Source: an uncultured Verrucomicrobiae bacterium
GTDB lineage: Bacteria > Verrucomicrobiota > Verrucomicrobiia > Chthoniobacterales > Chthoniobacteraceae
Length of the DNA: 64,000 nucleotides
Assembly: GCA_963769025.1 (NCBI GenBank)
Contig: CAVYKI010000003.1
Coordinates: 960,001-1,024,000, forward strand
Direction: 5' to 3'
The notes beneath the pieces are model-generated. The model had not been told where the DNA came from. It ran no database searches and was given only the letters and a program-made list of their open reading frames with translations. This document shows positions 53,754 to 64,000 of this stretch, piece after piece (position 1 is the first letter of the stretch; each line of letters opens with the position of its first letter). The position numbers were made by a program, and so were the translations under genes.

Positions 53754-54992
53754 ATGCACGCCAAGTCCCTCGGAACCACCGTCGCCGAGATTGTCGAAAA
53801 AACGCCCGTCTTCGACATCCACACGCATCTTTACGACCCGGCGTTTGGCGACCTGCTGCTGTGGGGCATCGACGAGCTGCTCATCTACCACTACCTCGTC
53901 GCGGAGTCGTTCCGCTGGATGGATGTGCCGTATGAGAAATTCTGGGCCGCACCGAAGCAGCAGCAGACGGAGTGGATCTGGAATGAGCTTTTCCTGAAAC
54001 ACTCGCCCGTGAGCGAATCGTGCCGCGGCGTGCTCACGGTGCTGAACAAGCTCGGGCTCGACGCGAACAAGCGCGACCTTCCCGCGCTGCGAAAATGGTT
54101 CGCGGGCTGGAAGCCGGAGGACTACGTCACGCGCTGCTGCGAGCTGGCGAATGTGCGCAAAATCGCGATGACGAACTCGCCCTTCGACGACACGGAGACG
54201 CCGGTTTGGGAGCGTGGGTTCACCCGTGATCCGCGCTTCGTCGCCGCGCTGCGCATCGACCCGCTGCTCGTGGACTGGCCGAATGCCGCGAAGCGGCTGC
54301 ACGGCTGGGGCTACAAGGTGAACGCGGACTTCTCCGGCCAGACCTTTGCCGAGGTGCGCCGCTTCCTCGCCGACTGGACGAAGAAAATCGACGCGCAGTA
54401 CTGCATGGTCTCGCTGCCTCCGGAGTTTGCCTTCCCGGCAAAGACGGATGCCGCGCAGATCATCGAGCACGCGATCATGCCGCACGGGCGCGAGCACAAC
54501 CAGGCGTTCGCGCTCATGATCGGCGTGCGACGCGCCGTGAATCCGCAGCTCCAGCTCGCGGGGGACAGCGTCGGCACGGCGGATGTCACGGCCGTGGAGC
54601 GGCTGTGCGCGGCGTTTCCGGAGAACAAATTCCTCTGCACGATGCTCGCGCGGGAAAACCAGCATGCGCTCTGCATCGCGGCGCGGAAATTCCGCAACCT
54701 GCACGTCTTCGGCTGCTGGTGGTTCATGAACGTGCCGAGCATCATCGAGGAAATTACGCGCATGCGGCTGGAGCTCATCGGCCTCAGCGTGACACCGCAG
54801 CACAGCGACTGCCGCGTGCTCGACCAGCTCACCTACAAGTGGGCGCACAGCCGCCCCATCATCGCAAAGGTGCTCGCGGAAAAATACGACGACCTCGCGG
54901 CGACCGGCTGGCAGCCGACACGCGAGGAGATCCAGCGCGACGTCCACGGCCTGCTCGGCGGGGCGTTCGAGGAATTCCTCGCCCGCAAGTAA
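53754..54992 (+). CDS. uxaC: Uronate (glucuronate) isomerase, short type
   Basis: DIHTHL, YHYLVAE, MTNSPF, GCWWF, QHSD.RVLDQL.YKW. Confidence 0.8.
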   Translation: MHAKSLGTTVAEIVEKTPVFDIHTHLYDPAFGDLLLWGIDELLIYHYLVAESFRWMDVPYEKFWAAPKQQQTEWIWNELFLKHSPVSESCRGVLTVLNKLGLDANKRDLPALRKWFAGWKPEDYVTRCCELANVRKIAMTNSPFDDTETPVWERGFTRDPRFVAALRIDPLLVDWPNAAKRLHGWGYKVNADFSGQTFAEVRRFLADWTKKIDAQYCMVSLPPEFAFPAKTDAAQIIEHAIMPHGREHNQAFALMIGVRRAVNPQLQLAGDSVGTADVTAVERLCAAFPENKFLCTMLARENQHALCIAARKFRNLHVFGCWWFMNVPSIIEEITRMRLELIGLSVTPQHSDCRVLDQLTYKWAHSRPIIAKVLAEKYDDLAATGWQPTREEIQRDVHGLLGGAFEEFLARK

Positions 54993-55019
54993 GCCGGCGC
55001 ACACGCGTCGGACGCAGGC

Positions 55020-56510
55020 CTATTGCGGGTTCACCTGCACGCCATTCGCCGGAAACACGCGAAAGATTCGCAGCGGATGCCCCTGCGGCTCGCCGTCGCG
55101 GATGATGGGGTTCTCAAAGACCGGCCAGAAGCTCCGGATGTTGCCTTCGATGACCCTGACCGCCTGATCGTGGTATCCCGCGCGGCTCGTGCTGGGAACC
55201 GAGCTGTCGAGCACGATGTAGCGGATGTTCCCCGCGGTGAGGTGCGCGAGAAGCTGCTCGTCCTCGAGGAAGCGCTCCAACGGCTTCCCTGCCGGCGTCG
55301 CGCTTGCAGATTCCACAAGGGTCTCGCTGCCGCGCTCAACACTGATCTGCCGCGCAGCGTCGCCCATCGCGATTTCCGAGATCAGCATCCCTTCCCCGCG
55401 CGGGTCCGAAACCACGAGCACCCGCGCCGGGCCGTGCGCTTCGTCGATGAGCGTATGCGCTATGGGGGCGAAGCCGTGCCACTCCTTCCTCGGCCAGTCG
55501 AGCAGGCTTGGCGGGAGCGCGAGCAGAAGAAGAAGCACGAGCCAGAGCGCCCTGCGCCGGGAACGGTCCGCTTCGGGCATCGTCCCCGACTCCACTATCC
55601 GGGCCAGCGACACCGCACCGCGCGTGGCGAGCATCGCCAGGGCCGGGGTTGCGACGACGAGGAGGCGCACGTCCGGGACGCCCACTTTCATCCACCGCGC
55701 AAGCAGCACGCCCGCGACGAGCGCTCCCATCGCAATCCAGAGCGTGGTCGCCTGCGTGCCCGGGCCGCGCGGGATCACCAGGCCTGCGACCGCAAAAGCC
55801 GCGGCTGCGATGCCGAGGACAAACGCACACTCGGTCAAAAAATGCATGGCGGACTGCGGGTCGCCGGGGCGGAGCTTGAAGGCCACCGCGAGGGCGAGCG
55901 CCAGCACGCATCCACCACCGAGGATGACCGCCACCCCCAACCATCGGCCAACCCGGGCAAGGCGCGGTCCAGGTGCGTCGATCAGACGCGCCCAGAGCAC
56001 CAAGGCCCCGGTAAAAACAAACGCCCCGAGCACCCCGGGCAAGAGCGTTTCGTACGATTGCCTGACCACCGGCGCGGCGAGCCACAGCACCGAGGCCACC
56101 ACCCCGGCCCAGTCCCCGAGCTCGCGACGCACGGTGCCGAAAATCAGCGTGGCCGTGGCCGCGGCGAGCATGGCCATGAAGAGCAATGCGGCGACGCGCG
56201 AGGTGCCGAAGACGAGCATCCATGCGCCTTGCGCGACATCGAATGCCGACGTCCGCCTGAGCGCCGAGATCGGCTCGCCCACTGAAATCCCGCCTCCCGC
56301 GCGTGCGCGTTCCCACGTGCGCAGGGCCGAATCATGCACGCGGATGCCGCTCACATAGTGCGCGGCAGCGTCGGGATGTCCGCCAAACTCACTGTGGAAT
56401 GCGCCATCCGCCCATTGGAAGAATGCTGCCACGTCGAATGCGACGACGAACGCGATCAGGAGGCGCACCCACGGGCGGATTTTCTGGGGAGGAGCAGGGT
56501 CGGTGGACAT
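55020..56510 (-). CDS. Polytopic membrane protein, GT-C/PMT-like glycosyltransferase candidate
   Basis: Many TM segments, N-terminal HPD..AHYV motif, periplasmic C-terminal domain. Confidence 0.55.
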   Translation of the reverse strand: MSTDPAPPQKIRPWVRLLIAFVVAFDVAAFFQWADGAFHSEFGGHPDAAAHYVSGIRVHDSALRTWERARAGGGISVGEPISALRRTSAFDVAQGAWMLVFGTSRVAALLFMAMLAAATATLIFGTVRRELGDWAGVVASVLWLAAPVVRQSYETLLPGVLGAFVFTGALVLWARLIDAPGPRLARVGRWLGVAVILGGGCVLALALAVAFKLRPGDPQSAMHFLTECAFVLGIAAAAFAVAGLVIPRGPGTQATTLWIAMGALVAGVLLARWMKVGVPDVRLLVVATPALAMLATRGAVSLARIVESGTMPEADRSRRRALWLVLLLLLALPPSLLDWPRKEWHGFAPIAHTLIDEAHGPARVLVVSDPRGEGMLISEIAMGDAARQISVERGSETLVESASATPAGKPLERFLEDEQLLAHLTAGNIRYIVLDSSVPSTSRAGYHDQAVRVIEGNIRSFWPVFENPIIRDGEPQGHPLRIFRVFPANGVQVNPQ

Positions 56511-56725
56511 GGAGTGATGGGAGGGAAATGCGCGGCTGCCGCGAGCGTCCGCCGCGACCGGCACATTTTCAATTCACTTCAAGTCGCCGCCCGGCGCGCC
56601 CGTGTCCAAGGGTTTCTCCCGACCCTAATCGCGGCAACCGTGGCGCCCCGCAGCGTCCGGGGACGGCGGGACGGGATCCCGACGACCGGAAACGATGGGA
56701 CAAATATGGGGCCGCGGGCCCCGCG

Positions 56726-58133
56726 CTAGATGCTGGCGGCCGAGTATTCGTAGCCCTTCCGATACGCCTTGCGCTTGATGTAGTTGTTCGCCTCGGGGTG
56801 GTTGCCGACCTTGAGGGCCGCCGAGTCCCATTCGAGGCGCTTGCCGGGGAAGCGCATGGCGAGGCCGCCGATGAGCGTGAGCTCGGTGAGCGGGCTGGAG
56901 TAGTCGAAGTGGCCGGCCCAGGCGTCTTCCTTCCCGGCTTTGATGCACTCGGTCCATTCCTGTTGCGGATTGCCGGGAGTGCGGCTGCGGGGTTCGGTCT
57001 TCGGCGTCGGCTTGGCGAGGAATTCCTCGCGGCGCTTCAGCGGCCAGATCTGCGGATCCTTCGCCTGATCGTTCTTGTTAAAGATGATGCCCTCGCTGCC
57101 GACGATGAACCAGCCGCCGGGGGAAACGTTGCCGCTCTTCTCCGGGTTCTTCTCGTTTTTGAAGGCTTCCTTCAGATCGATGATCTCGGGGAAGTCCGGC
57201 AGGTAGGGCGTGCCGTCGGGCTTCTTGCCCTCGTACCATGTGAGCGTCACGTTGCCGTGCGAATTGCCGGGGAATTCCATTTTCACGACCGAACCGGTCG
57301 GCCATGCGATGTCGGTGAGGTCGTCCACCTGCGTCGCGGTGACGAAGCTCGGCACGCCGAGGCCGAGGGCCATCGAGGGCGCATCAATGAGATGGCAGCC
57401 CATGTCGCCGAACGCTCCCGCGCCGTATTCGAGGAAGCCGCGCCATTTGAAAGGATGGATGGTCGGGGAGTACGGGGCGTCCGGCGCCTGCGCCGAGCCA
57501 GCGCTCCCAGTCGAGCGTCTCGGGCACGGGCGACGGGGTGATGATGGCGCTCTTGCCCTGCGGCCAGATGGGGCGGTTCGTCCACACGTGGACTTCCTTC
57601 ACCTTGCCGATGGCGCCGGCGGCGATCCATTCCTTCACCACGCGGTTGTCCTCGTAGGTGTGGCCCTGGTTGCCCATCTGCGTGATGACTTTTTTCTTCC
57701 GCGCGCCGAGATGGAGCTGGCGGTTTTCCCAGAGCGTGTTCGTGAGCGGCTTCTGGATGAAGATGTGCTTGCCGTGGCTGAGCGCGTGCATCGCCGCGGG
57801 ATAATGCGCGTGGTCCGGCGTGCTGATGGTGACGGCGTCGATGCCCTTCACCTCGTCGAGCATCTTGCGGAAATCGGTGAACGCCTTCGCGTCCGGATAC
57901 TTTGCCTGCGCTTTTGCGAGGCGGGTCCTGTCCACGTCGCAGATGGCGACGATCTCGTTGTTCTCGGCGGCGCTGGAGGTGTCCGACGCGCCCTTGCCAT
58001 CGATGCCGATGCAGGCGATGGCGAGTTTCTTCGACGCGCCCTGCGCGAGGAGGAGGTTGGGGAACATGCTGGTCGCCGTGATGGCGCCGATGCCTTTGAT
58101 GAATGAACGACGGGGGATGCGTGGATGGATCAT
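56726..58133 (-). CDS. Tat-exported Gfo/Idh/MocA oxidoreductase, frameshift near 57470
   Basis: PRRSFIK twin-arginine signal, STPDHAH, QKPL, TQMGNQG, DMGCH. Confidence 0.9.
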
Positions 58134-58217
58134 GATGGGAGTGGTATGGAGGTGAGTGGGTAGAGCATCATCTCCAGCGTGTGGGAAGCTTAGAACGCGG
58201 GGCGGACGGAGGGAGAA

Positions 58218-59553
58218 TCAGAGTTTGATGCCGAGTTTCTTGAAGCCGTTCTTGATATCCGCCTCCAACGCCGCAGGGTCGCGTCCGTCGAAAAGGATGC
58301 CCAGCTTTTCGATTCCGGTGTCCTCGGAATGCTTCGCCTTCGGCTTGGGAAGGTCGCTCGGGAAAGTGTAGCTGCCGTCGCCATTCATCTTCACCCTTGG
58401 GTCCTTGAAGAAGCGATCCCACTCGTCGCGCGCCTCGGCCATGGCGTCGAAATATTTCAGGAAGCGCGTCCCTTTCCCATCCCCGTCGAGGTGGCAGAAG
58501 TAATAGACGAGGATGTAGGACTGGTAATAGAGCAGGTGCTGCGAGTGCTGCGCCGAGGAAAGGCTCTCCCAGTTGTCGCGCTTCATCGCGATGTGCTCGC
58601 CGAACGGGCGGAACTCCGAGGTCAGTGCGCGCTGGCCCGCCGCTTTCGCGATGTACTCCTTCAGCCCGCGCGCATGGGAACCCGCGAGGAAGCGCCCGGC
58701 GTTGTACGGGAGGCTCTCGGTGTATTCGGCCGTGCCCTCGATGATCCACTTCGGCAGGAAAGGCAGGAAGTCGTGCATCATCTGGTGCGTGACTTCGTGC
58801 ACGATCGTGTCGCCGCGATAGTCCGGTTTCTTGAACCACGTCTTGCCCTGCAGCTGGAGGCCGAGGCTGGGAAACGGGATGCGGAAGATGCGGTCCTTGG
58901 AAAAATAGACGCCGCCGGAATTCACCGGGCCGCCGTCGGCAAAGTAGTCCTCGCGCGTGACGTAGAGCCTCGCCTGATAGTAGCCGAGGTCCGCAGGCGG
59001 CTTCGGATCGATGGCCCACGGGAGCGCGGAGACCAGCGAGCGGGTCGCCTCGAAGGTCCGCGCGACTTCCTTCATCACACTGCCCGCGAGCTTGTCCTGC
59101 GAGACGAACTCGAACGACTGCGACTTGTACACGTAGCGGCGCTTCGCGGCGTCCTGCTCGCCGAGTGTTATCTCGATGGTGTTCGGCGGCACCTCGACGA
59201 TCGCCGGCCACGCGCGCGGCTTTGCGGCGGAAGGTGCGCCCGGTTTGCCGTTGGTCGCTGCCGCTGGCGCGGCGGGAGAGGTTGGCACCGGGGGATTCGG
59301 CGGCGCAGCCGCCCGGATCGCCGCCTGATCAGCAGCCGAGAGGAGATTCACCGCAAACTTCGACGTCTGTCCGTTCGCCAGAAGCAACGTCACGTTCCCG
59401 CCATCCATGCTGACGAACTTCGCCTGGAATTTTTGCCCGTTTGCCGCGGTCCAAACGCGCATCGCCTGCGCGTGGCTGCTGCGCGTCCGCGCAGAGTGGG
59501 AGGAACGAAAATGCGGCGACGGCGACGGCACGGAGCACTATCTGGGGAACCAT
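58218..59553 (-). CDS. Secreted SHD1-domain protein with HEXXH (DUF1570-like) domain; frameshift near 59470
   Basis: Signal MVPQIVLRAVAVAAF in a shifted frame, RVWTAANGQKFQAKF...LSAADQ, HEVTHQ..PKWIIEGTAEY. Confidence 0.7.
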
Positions 59554-59680
59554 GAGGCGCGAGGTAACAGGCGCGTGGAGTCGGGTCAATCGCGCGCACT
59601 GCCGTCGGCGCGTCGGAAAGGAGGCATTCAACGCTGAATGCAGTGCACGCCCGCGTCCTGCCGTCGGCGGCCGCAAAAGA

Positions 59681-61069
59681 TCACACGTGGATCGCGTGTC
59701 CGGCGGCGACTTCGGCGGCTTCCTTCACGCCCTCGCTCAGCGTCGGGTGCGCGTGGATGGTCGCCTCGATCTCCTCCCACGTCGCCTCGAGCGTGATGGC
59801 GAGGCCCAGCTCGGCGATCATCTCGGTCGCTTCCGATCCGATGATGTGCGCGCCGAGGATTTCGCCGTGCGGCTCGCCGACGATCAGCTTCACAAAGCCC
59901 TCGCTCTCGCCGATGGCGCGCGCCTTGCCGCTGGCCATGAACGGGAACTTGCCGATCTTGAATTTCTTGCCCGCCTCCTTCGCCGCGCGCTCCGTGAGGC
60001 CGATGCTCGCGACCTGCGGCTGGCAGTAGGTGCAGCCGGGGAAAATGGTGACCTTCTTCGGCTTGAACTTCGCATCGAACATCCCCTCCACCGCCTGCAC
60101 CGCCTCGAAGCTCGCGACGTGCGCGAGCCACGGCGGCCCGATGATGTCGCCCGCGGCGAACACGCCCTTCACGCTCGTCTCGTAGCGGTCGTTCGTCTTC
60201 ACGTAGCCCTTCACGAGTTCGAGCTTCAGCGCGCCGCCGGGCAGCACGGGCTGGATGCCGATGGCCACGAGCACCATCTCGGCCTCGATTGTCTTTTCCG
60301 CGCCCGCCGCGTCGGCCACGGTGATTTTCACGCCGCTGTCGCCCACCTCCGTCTTCGTCGTCTTGTGGCCGAGCAGCGACGTGATGCCCTGCTTCGCGAA
60401 CGACTTCTCCAGCGCCTGCGACACCTCGGTGTCCTCGATCGGCAGCAGATTCGGCAGCATCTCGACGATGGTGACCTTCGTCCCGAACGCGTTGAAAAAA
60501 TACGCGAACTCCACGCCGATCGCTCCCGCGCCGATGATGACGATGCTCTTCGGCTGCGCCGGAAGTGCGAGCGCCTCCTTGCTCCCGATCACCGTCTTGC
60601 CGTTGAACTCCAGTCCCGGCAGCGGCCGCGATACGCAGCCCGTGCCAATGAGGATTTTCGCCGCCGTGTGCACCTCCTCCTTGCCGTCCGCCCCTTTCAC
60701 CTTCACCTCGCCTGCCTTGTCGAGCGACGCCTCGCCTTTGATGGAATCAATCTTGTTCTTCTTGAACAGGAAATCCACGCCCGCCGCGCCCTTGTCGGAC
60801 ACGACTCGCGAGCGCTTGATGATCGCGCCCCAGTCGTAGCTGAGCCCGTCGATCTTGAAGCCAAACTCCGTCGCGCGGTGCTTCATCGTGTGGAAGAGCT
60901 CGGCGTTTTTCAGCAGCGCCTTGGTCGGGATGCAGCCCCAGTTGTTGCAGGTGCCGCCGCCGCGTTCCTTTTCCACACAGGCGACTTTCTTGCCGAGTTG
61001 CGCCGCTTTGATCGCAGCGACGTAGCCTGCGGGTCCTGCTCCGATGACGATGAGGTCGTAGTTGGCCAT
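59681..61069 (-). CDS. lpdA: Dihydrolipoyl dehydrogenase
   Basis: GAGPAG, GGTCNNWGCIPTK, GAGAIG, HAHPTLSE. Confidence 0.95.
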   Translation of the reverse strand: MANYDLIVIGAGPAGYVAAIKAAQLGKKVACVEKERGGGTCNNWGCIPTKALLKNAELFHTMKHRATEFGFKIDGLSYDWGAIIKRSRVVSDKGAAGVDFLFKKNKIDSIKGEASLDKAGEVKVKGADGKEEVHTAAKILIGTGCVSRPLPGLEFNGKTVIGSKEALALPAQPKSIVIIGAGAIGVEFAYFFNAFGTKVTIVEMLPNLLPIEDTEVSQALEKSFAKQGITSLLGHKTTKTEVGDSGVKITVADAAGAEKTIEAEMVLVAIGIQPVLPGGALKLELVKGYVKTNDRYETSVKGVFAAGDIIGPPWLAHVASFEAVQAVEGMFDAKFKPKKVTIFPGCTYCQPQVASIGLTERAAKEAGKKFKIGKFPFMASGKARAIGESEGFVKLIVGEPHGEILGAHIIGSEATEMIAELGLAITLEATWEEIEATIHAHPTLSEGVKEAAEVAAGHAIHV

Positions 61070-61262
61070 AGAAAAAATGAGAGCCGCGACCATGCGGGCG
61101 AGGGCGCGCAGGCGTCAAACGGCTTTTTGCCAGCGCTGCCCTCGCACGCCGTCGGCGGCGTGGTCGGGCTTCCGAGTTCGAGGTTCTTCGCACGATCGCT
61201 AAAACTCATCCAACGGATAGAAACGATCCGGAGACGGCATAGGTGATGCTTTTATGGCGGCT

Positions 61263-61677
61263 ATGAAACGCGCACCTCGCTCCCCCGGTTTTACCCTGAT
61301 CGAAATCATGATTGTCGTCGCGATCATTGCGTTGCTCGCGACCATCGCCATCCCGAACTTCCTGCGCGCCCGCAAGCGCGCGCAAGCAACCCGGATGATG
61401 GATGACCTCCGCCTGATCGACAACGCCATCGACCGGTACGCCGCGGACAACTCGAAAGCCGGCGGGGCACCCGCGTCGTGGGAGGATCTCCAGCCGTACC
61501 TGAAAAAGAACATCGTCCTCTATCATTCGATGGGCATCGACCTCCTCGGCAACCCCATCAACGACGGCCCGCTCTTTCACCGTCGATCTCATCCCGAAGG
61601 TGAACACCAGTTCCTTCTCGACACTCTCAGACGTGGCGCCTCGCGACTTTTGGGTGCCCTTCGATCCCCAGCCGTAA
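61263..61677 (+). CDS. Type IV pilin / pseudopilin-like protein, frameshift near 61570
   Basis: GFTLIEIMIVVAIIALLATIAIPNFLRAR; C-terminus FTVDLIPKV...DVAPRDFWVPF in a shifted frame. Confidence 0.85.
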
Positions 61678-61688
61678 CCGCGGCGCAC

Positions 61689-64000
61689 TCAGCCGAGCAC
61701 GCCCCGGATCGCGGTGCGCAGCGAATCGCTGGAAAAGGGCTTCTGGATGAAACTGGCGAGTCCCTTTCCCGCGAAGCGCACGAGCGCCTCCTGCTCGTTA
61801 AAGCCGCTCATGAGAACCACCGGCACATCGCCGCGCAGGCTCCTCATCCCGGCGAAAGTCTCCGCGCCATCCATGTGCGGCATCGTCAGGTCGAGCAGCA
61901 CGAGCACAAACCGGCCGGGGTCCGCGCGGAACACCTCCAATCCTTCCCGGCCGTCGGCCGCGAGCACGGACTCCATGCCCATGTGGGTCAGCATCTGCGC
62001 GACCGTGGAGCGGATGGACGGCTCATCATCCACGACCAGGACCGTGCCATGGCCGCGCCAGTGGCTGGAAACGGCGGGCTCTTCCGGCGCGGCCTCCACC
62101 GGCCCGCTTGCAGCGGGAAAGAGGAGCCTGAACGTGCTTCCACGGCCCCGCTCGGAACTCACCTTCATCGCGCCGCCGTGCCCGCGGACAATGCCCAGCA
62201 CGGCCGCGAGACCGAGTCCGCGCCCGGCGAACTTCGTGGTGAAAAACGGATCGAAAATCTTCGCCTGCACTTCCTCGTCCATGCCGCAGCCGTCGTCGGA
62301 GACCTCCAGCGAGACGTATTCTCCCTCCGGCAAGCCGTACGGCATCATCGCTGCGGCCAGATACGCGCGGTCAACGCGGACCACGCCCGTGGTCACGTCG
62401 ATCACCCCGCCTTTGTCGCCGATCGCATCGGACGCGTTGATCACGAGATTCATGATCACCTGCCGGAGCTGCGTGGCGTCCGCCTCCATGGGCGGCACGT
62501 CCTTCCCGGCGGAGAGCCGGAGCACGGCCTTTTTGCTGATGGAGATTTGCAGCATCGGGGCGATTTCACCGATGAGCTCGCCCAGATCGATGCGGCGCAC
62601 CACGAACCGTCCCCGCCCGGAATACGCGAGCATCTGCTTGCAAAGATCCGCCGCGCGCAGGGCGGCCTGGCTGACCTGATCCAGGCACTCATGCACCGAC
62701 GAGCCCGGCGCGACCTCATAAAGCGCGAGGCTCGCGTTGCCGAGGATGGCGGTGAGGATGTTGTTAAAATCATGCGCAATGCCTCCGGCGAGCACGCCGA
62801 GGCTCTCGAGCTTTTGCGTTTCCTGCATCTTGCGGGCGAGCTGCTCGCGTTCGGTCTTCGCGCGCCGCCGTTCCGTGACGTCGTGGGCCAGCACCACCTC
62901 GGCGCGCCGTCCGTCGAAATCCATCCCGTGCGAGGTGATCTCGACATCGATGAGCGAACCATCGCGTTTGCGGTGGCGCCAAACGCCCGCCTCTTCCAGC
63001 CCGCCGGTCACCGCCGCGACATTCGCCAGCAGTGACGGGACATCCCCGGGCGGGCGGATGTCCTTGATCGTCATCGCGAGGAATTCCTCCTCGCTGTAGC
63101 CGTAGTGCGTGACGGCTGCGGCGTTCACCGCGAGGAAACGCAGCGTTTCGAGATCGTAGGCCCACATCGGATGCGGGTTCGCTTGAAAGAGCGTGCGATA
63201 CCGCGCCTCGCTGTCCCGCAGCCGGCGTTCCGCCAGCTTGCGCGCGGAGATGTCCGTGACGCTGCCACGCACCACCGCATGGCCCCCGATTTCCATCCGC
63301 AGCAGCCGCACTTCGCACGGGATGTCGCATCCTTCGGCGTCGCGGTGCATCCACTCGAAGACAGGCTTTTCGCCCGCCATCGCCTGTTTGAGGAACTCCA
63401 TCCCTTTTTCGGCCGAAGGCCGGCCATCCGGCTGCATCGGCGGGCTCAACTCCATCGGCCCCGAGCGCAAAAGTTCGTCGATCGACCGCTTGAACAGCCG
63501 TTCGGATGCGTCGCTGACCAGCAGGAAGCGTCCCGTGGTCATGTCCAAAAGCTGGATGGCCTCCGGCGCGTGCTCGATGATCTTGCGGAAGCGCTCCTCG
63601 CTTTCGCGCAAGGCCGCCTCGCCCAGCTTGCGCCCGGTGATGTCGGTCACGATGCCATCCATCCGGAGCGGCTTGCCGCCGGCGTCGTTCACGATCCGAC
63701 CACGATCGTGGACCCAGCGCACCGCGCCGTCGTCGCGGACGATCCGGTATTCCGCATCGAATTCCCCCATCTCGGGCACTCGTTGGAATGCGCGCACCAC
63801 CGCCTCCCGATCCTCCGGGTGGATCATCGCTACCCATTTCAGCGGATCGGCGATGAACTCGGACGCCGGCCGTCCATACATGGCTTCGACCGCGACGCTC
63901 AAGAAGTTCAGGGCCTGCCCGTCCGGCGTGCTCGACCAGACCACGTCCTCCATGGAGTTCAGGATGCTGTCGAGTCGGCTGCGGCTGTCGGTGAGGGCCA
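61689..64000 (-). CDS. Multi-PAS hybrid histidine kinase (PAS-HisKA-HATPase-REC), 5' truncated by window
   Basis: PAS repeats, GGIAHDFNN, NLVINASDA, FFTTK..GRGLGL, C-terminal receiver domain. Confidence 0.95.
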   Translation of the reverse strand, partial: ALTDSRSRLDSILNSMEDVVWSSTPDGQALNFLSVAVEAMYGRPASEFIADPLKWVAMIHPEDREAVVRAFQRVPEMGEFDAEYRIVRDDGAVRWVHDRGRIVNDAGGKPLRMDGIVTDITGRKLGEAALRESEERFRKIIEHAPEAIQLLDMTTGRFLLVSDASERLFKRSIDELLRSGPMELSPPMQPDGRPSAEKGMEFLKQAMAGEKPVFEWMHRDAEGCDIPCEVRLLRMEIGGHAVVRGSVTDISARKLAERRLRDSEARYRTLFQANPHPMWAYDLETLRFLAVNAAAVTHYGYSEEEFLAMTIKDIRPPGDVPSLLANVAAVTGGLEEAGVWRHRKRDGSLIDVEITSHGMDFDGRRAEVVLAHDVTERRRAKTEREQLARKMQETQKLESLGVLAGGIAHDFNNILTAILGNASLALYEVAPGSSVHECLDQVSQAALRAADLCKQMLAYSGRGRFVVRRIDLGELIGEIAPMLQISISKKAVLRLSAGKDVPPMEADATQLRQVIMNLVINASDAIGDKGGVIDVTTGVVRVDRAYLAAAMMPYGLPEGEYVSLEVSDDGCGMDEEVQAKIFDPFFTTKFAGRGLGLAAVLGIVRGHGGAMKVSSERGRGSTFRLLFPAASGPVEAAPEEPAVSSHWRGHGTVLVVDDEPSIRSTVAQMLTHMGMESVLAADGREGLEVFRADPGRFVLVLLDLTMPHMDGAETFAGMRSLRGDVPVVLMSGFNEQEALVRFAGKGLASFIQKPFSSDSLRTAIRGVLG

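Noticed and set aside
61254..63035. 593-aa pilin-like ORF
   Set aside because: Frameshift read-through into the antisense strand of the kinase; the pilin ends at 61677

Overview
High-GC bacterial chromosome segment, most likely a Verrucomicrobiota member of the Chthoniobacter/Spartobacteria type. This is inferred from Verru_Chthon cassette A/D genes, a TIGR02597-like protein, a PEP-CTERM protein, and SHD1-domain and DUF1080 proteins. About 55 CDSs, mostly housekeeping and envelope genes: tolQRAB-like, bamA-skp-lpxD, lpxK, leuA, cimA, thrB, gnd, acs, lpdA, metG, rsmB, galM, ppk2. There is also one tRNA-His, a RelE/ParE toxin-antitoxin pair, a Fic protein and signalling genes. Many genes carry single-base frameshifts that look like long-read assembly errors. 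No CRISPR array, integrase, transposase or prophage was seen. The most notable non-obvious features are: (1) several families of short palindromic elements (two GTAG-type REP/REPIN families, octamer-unit palindromes, heptamer arrays) that cluster at metG, including a 72-bp element with TTCA direct repeats inserted in-frame inside methionyl-tRNA synthetase; (2) a probable leaderless Leu-rich leader peptide/attenuator upstream of leuA; (3) repeated leaderless promoter geometry; (4) an unannotated D-lactate dehydrogenase remnant. All family assignments are from motif recognition by eye, not database searches.
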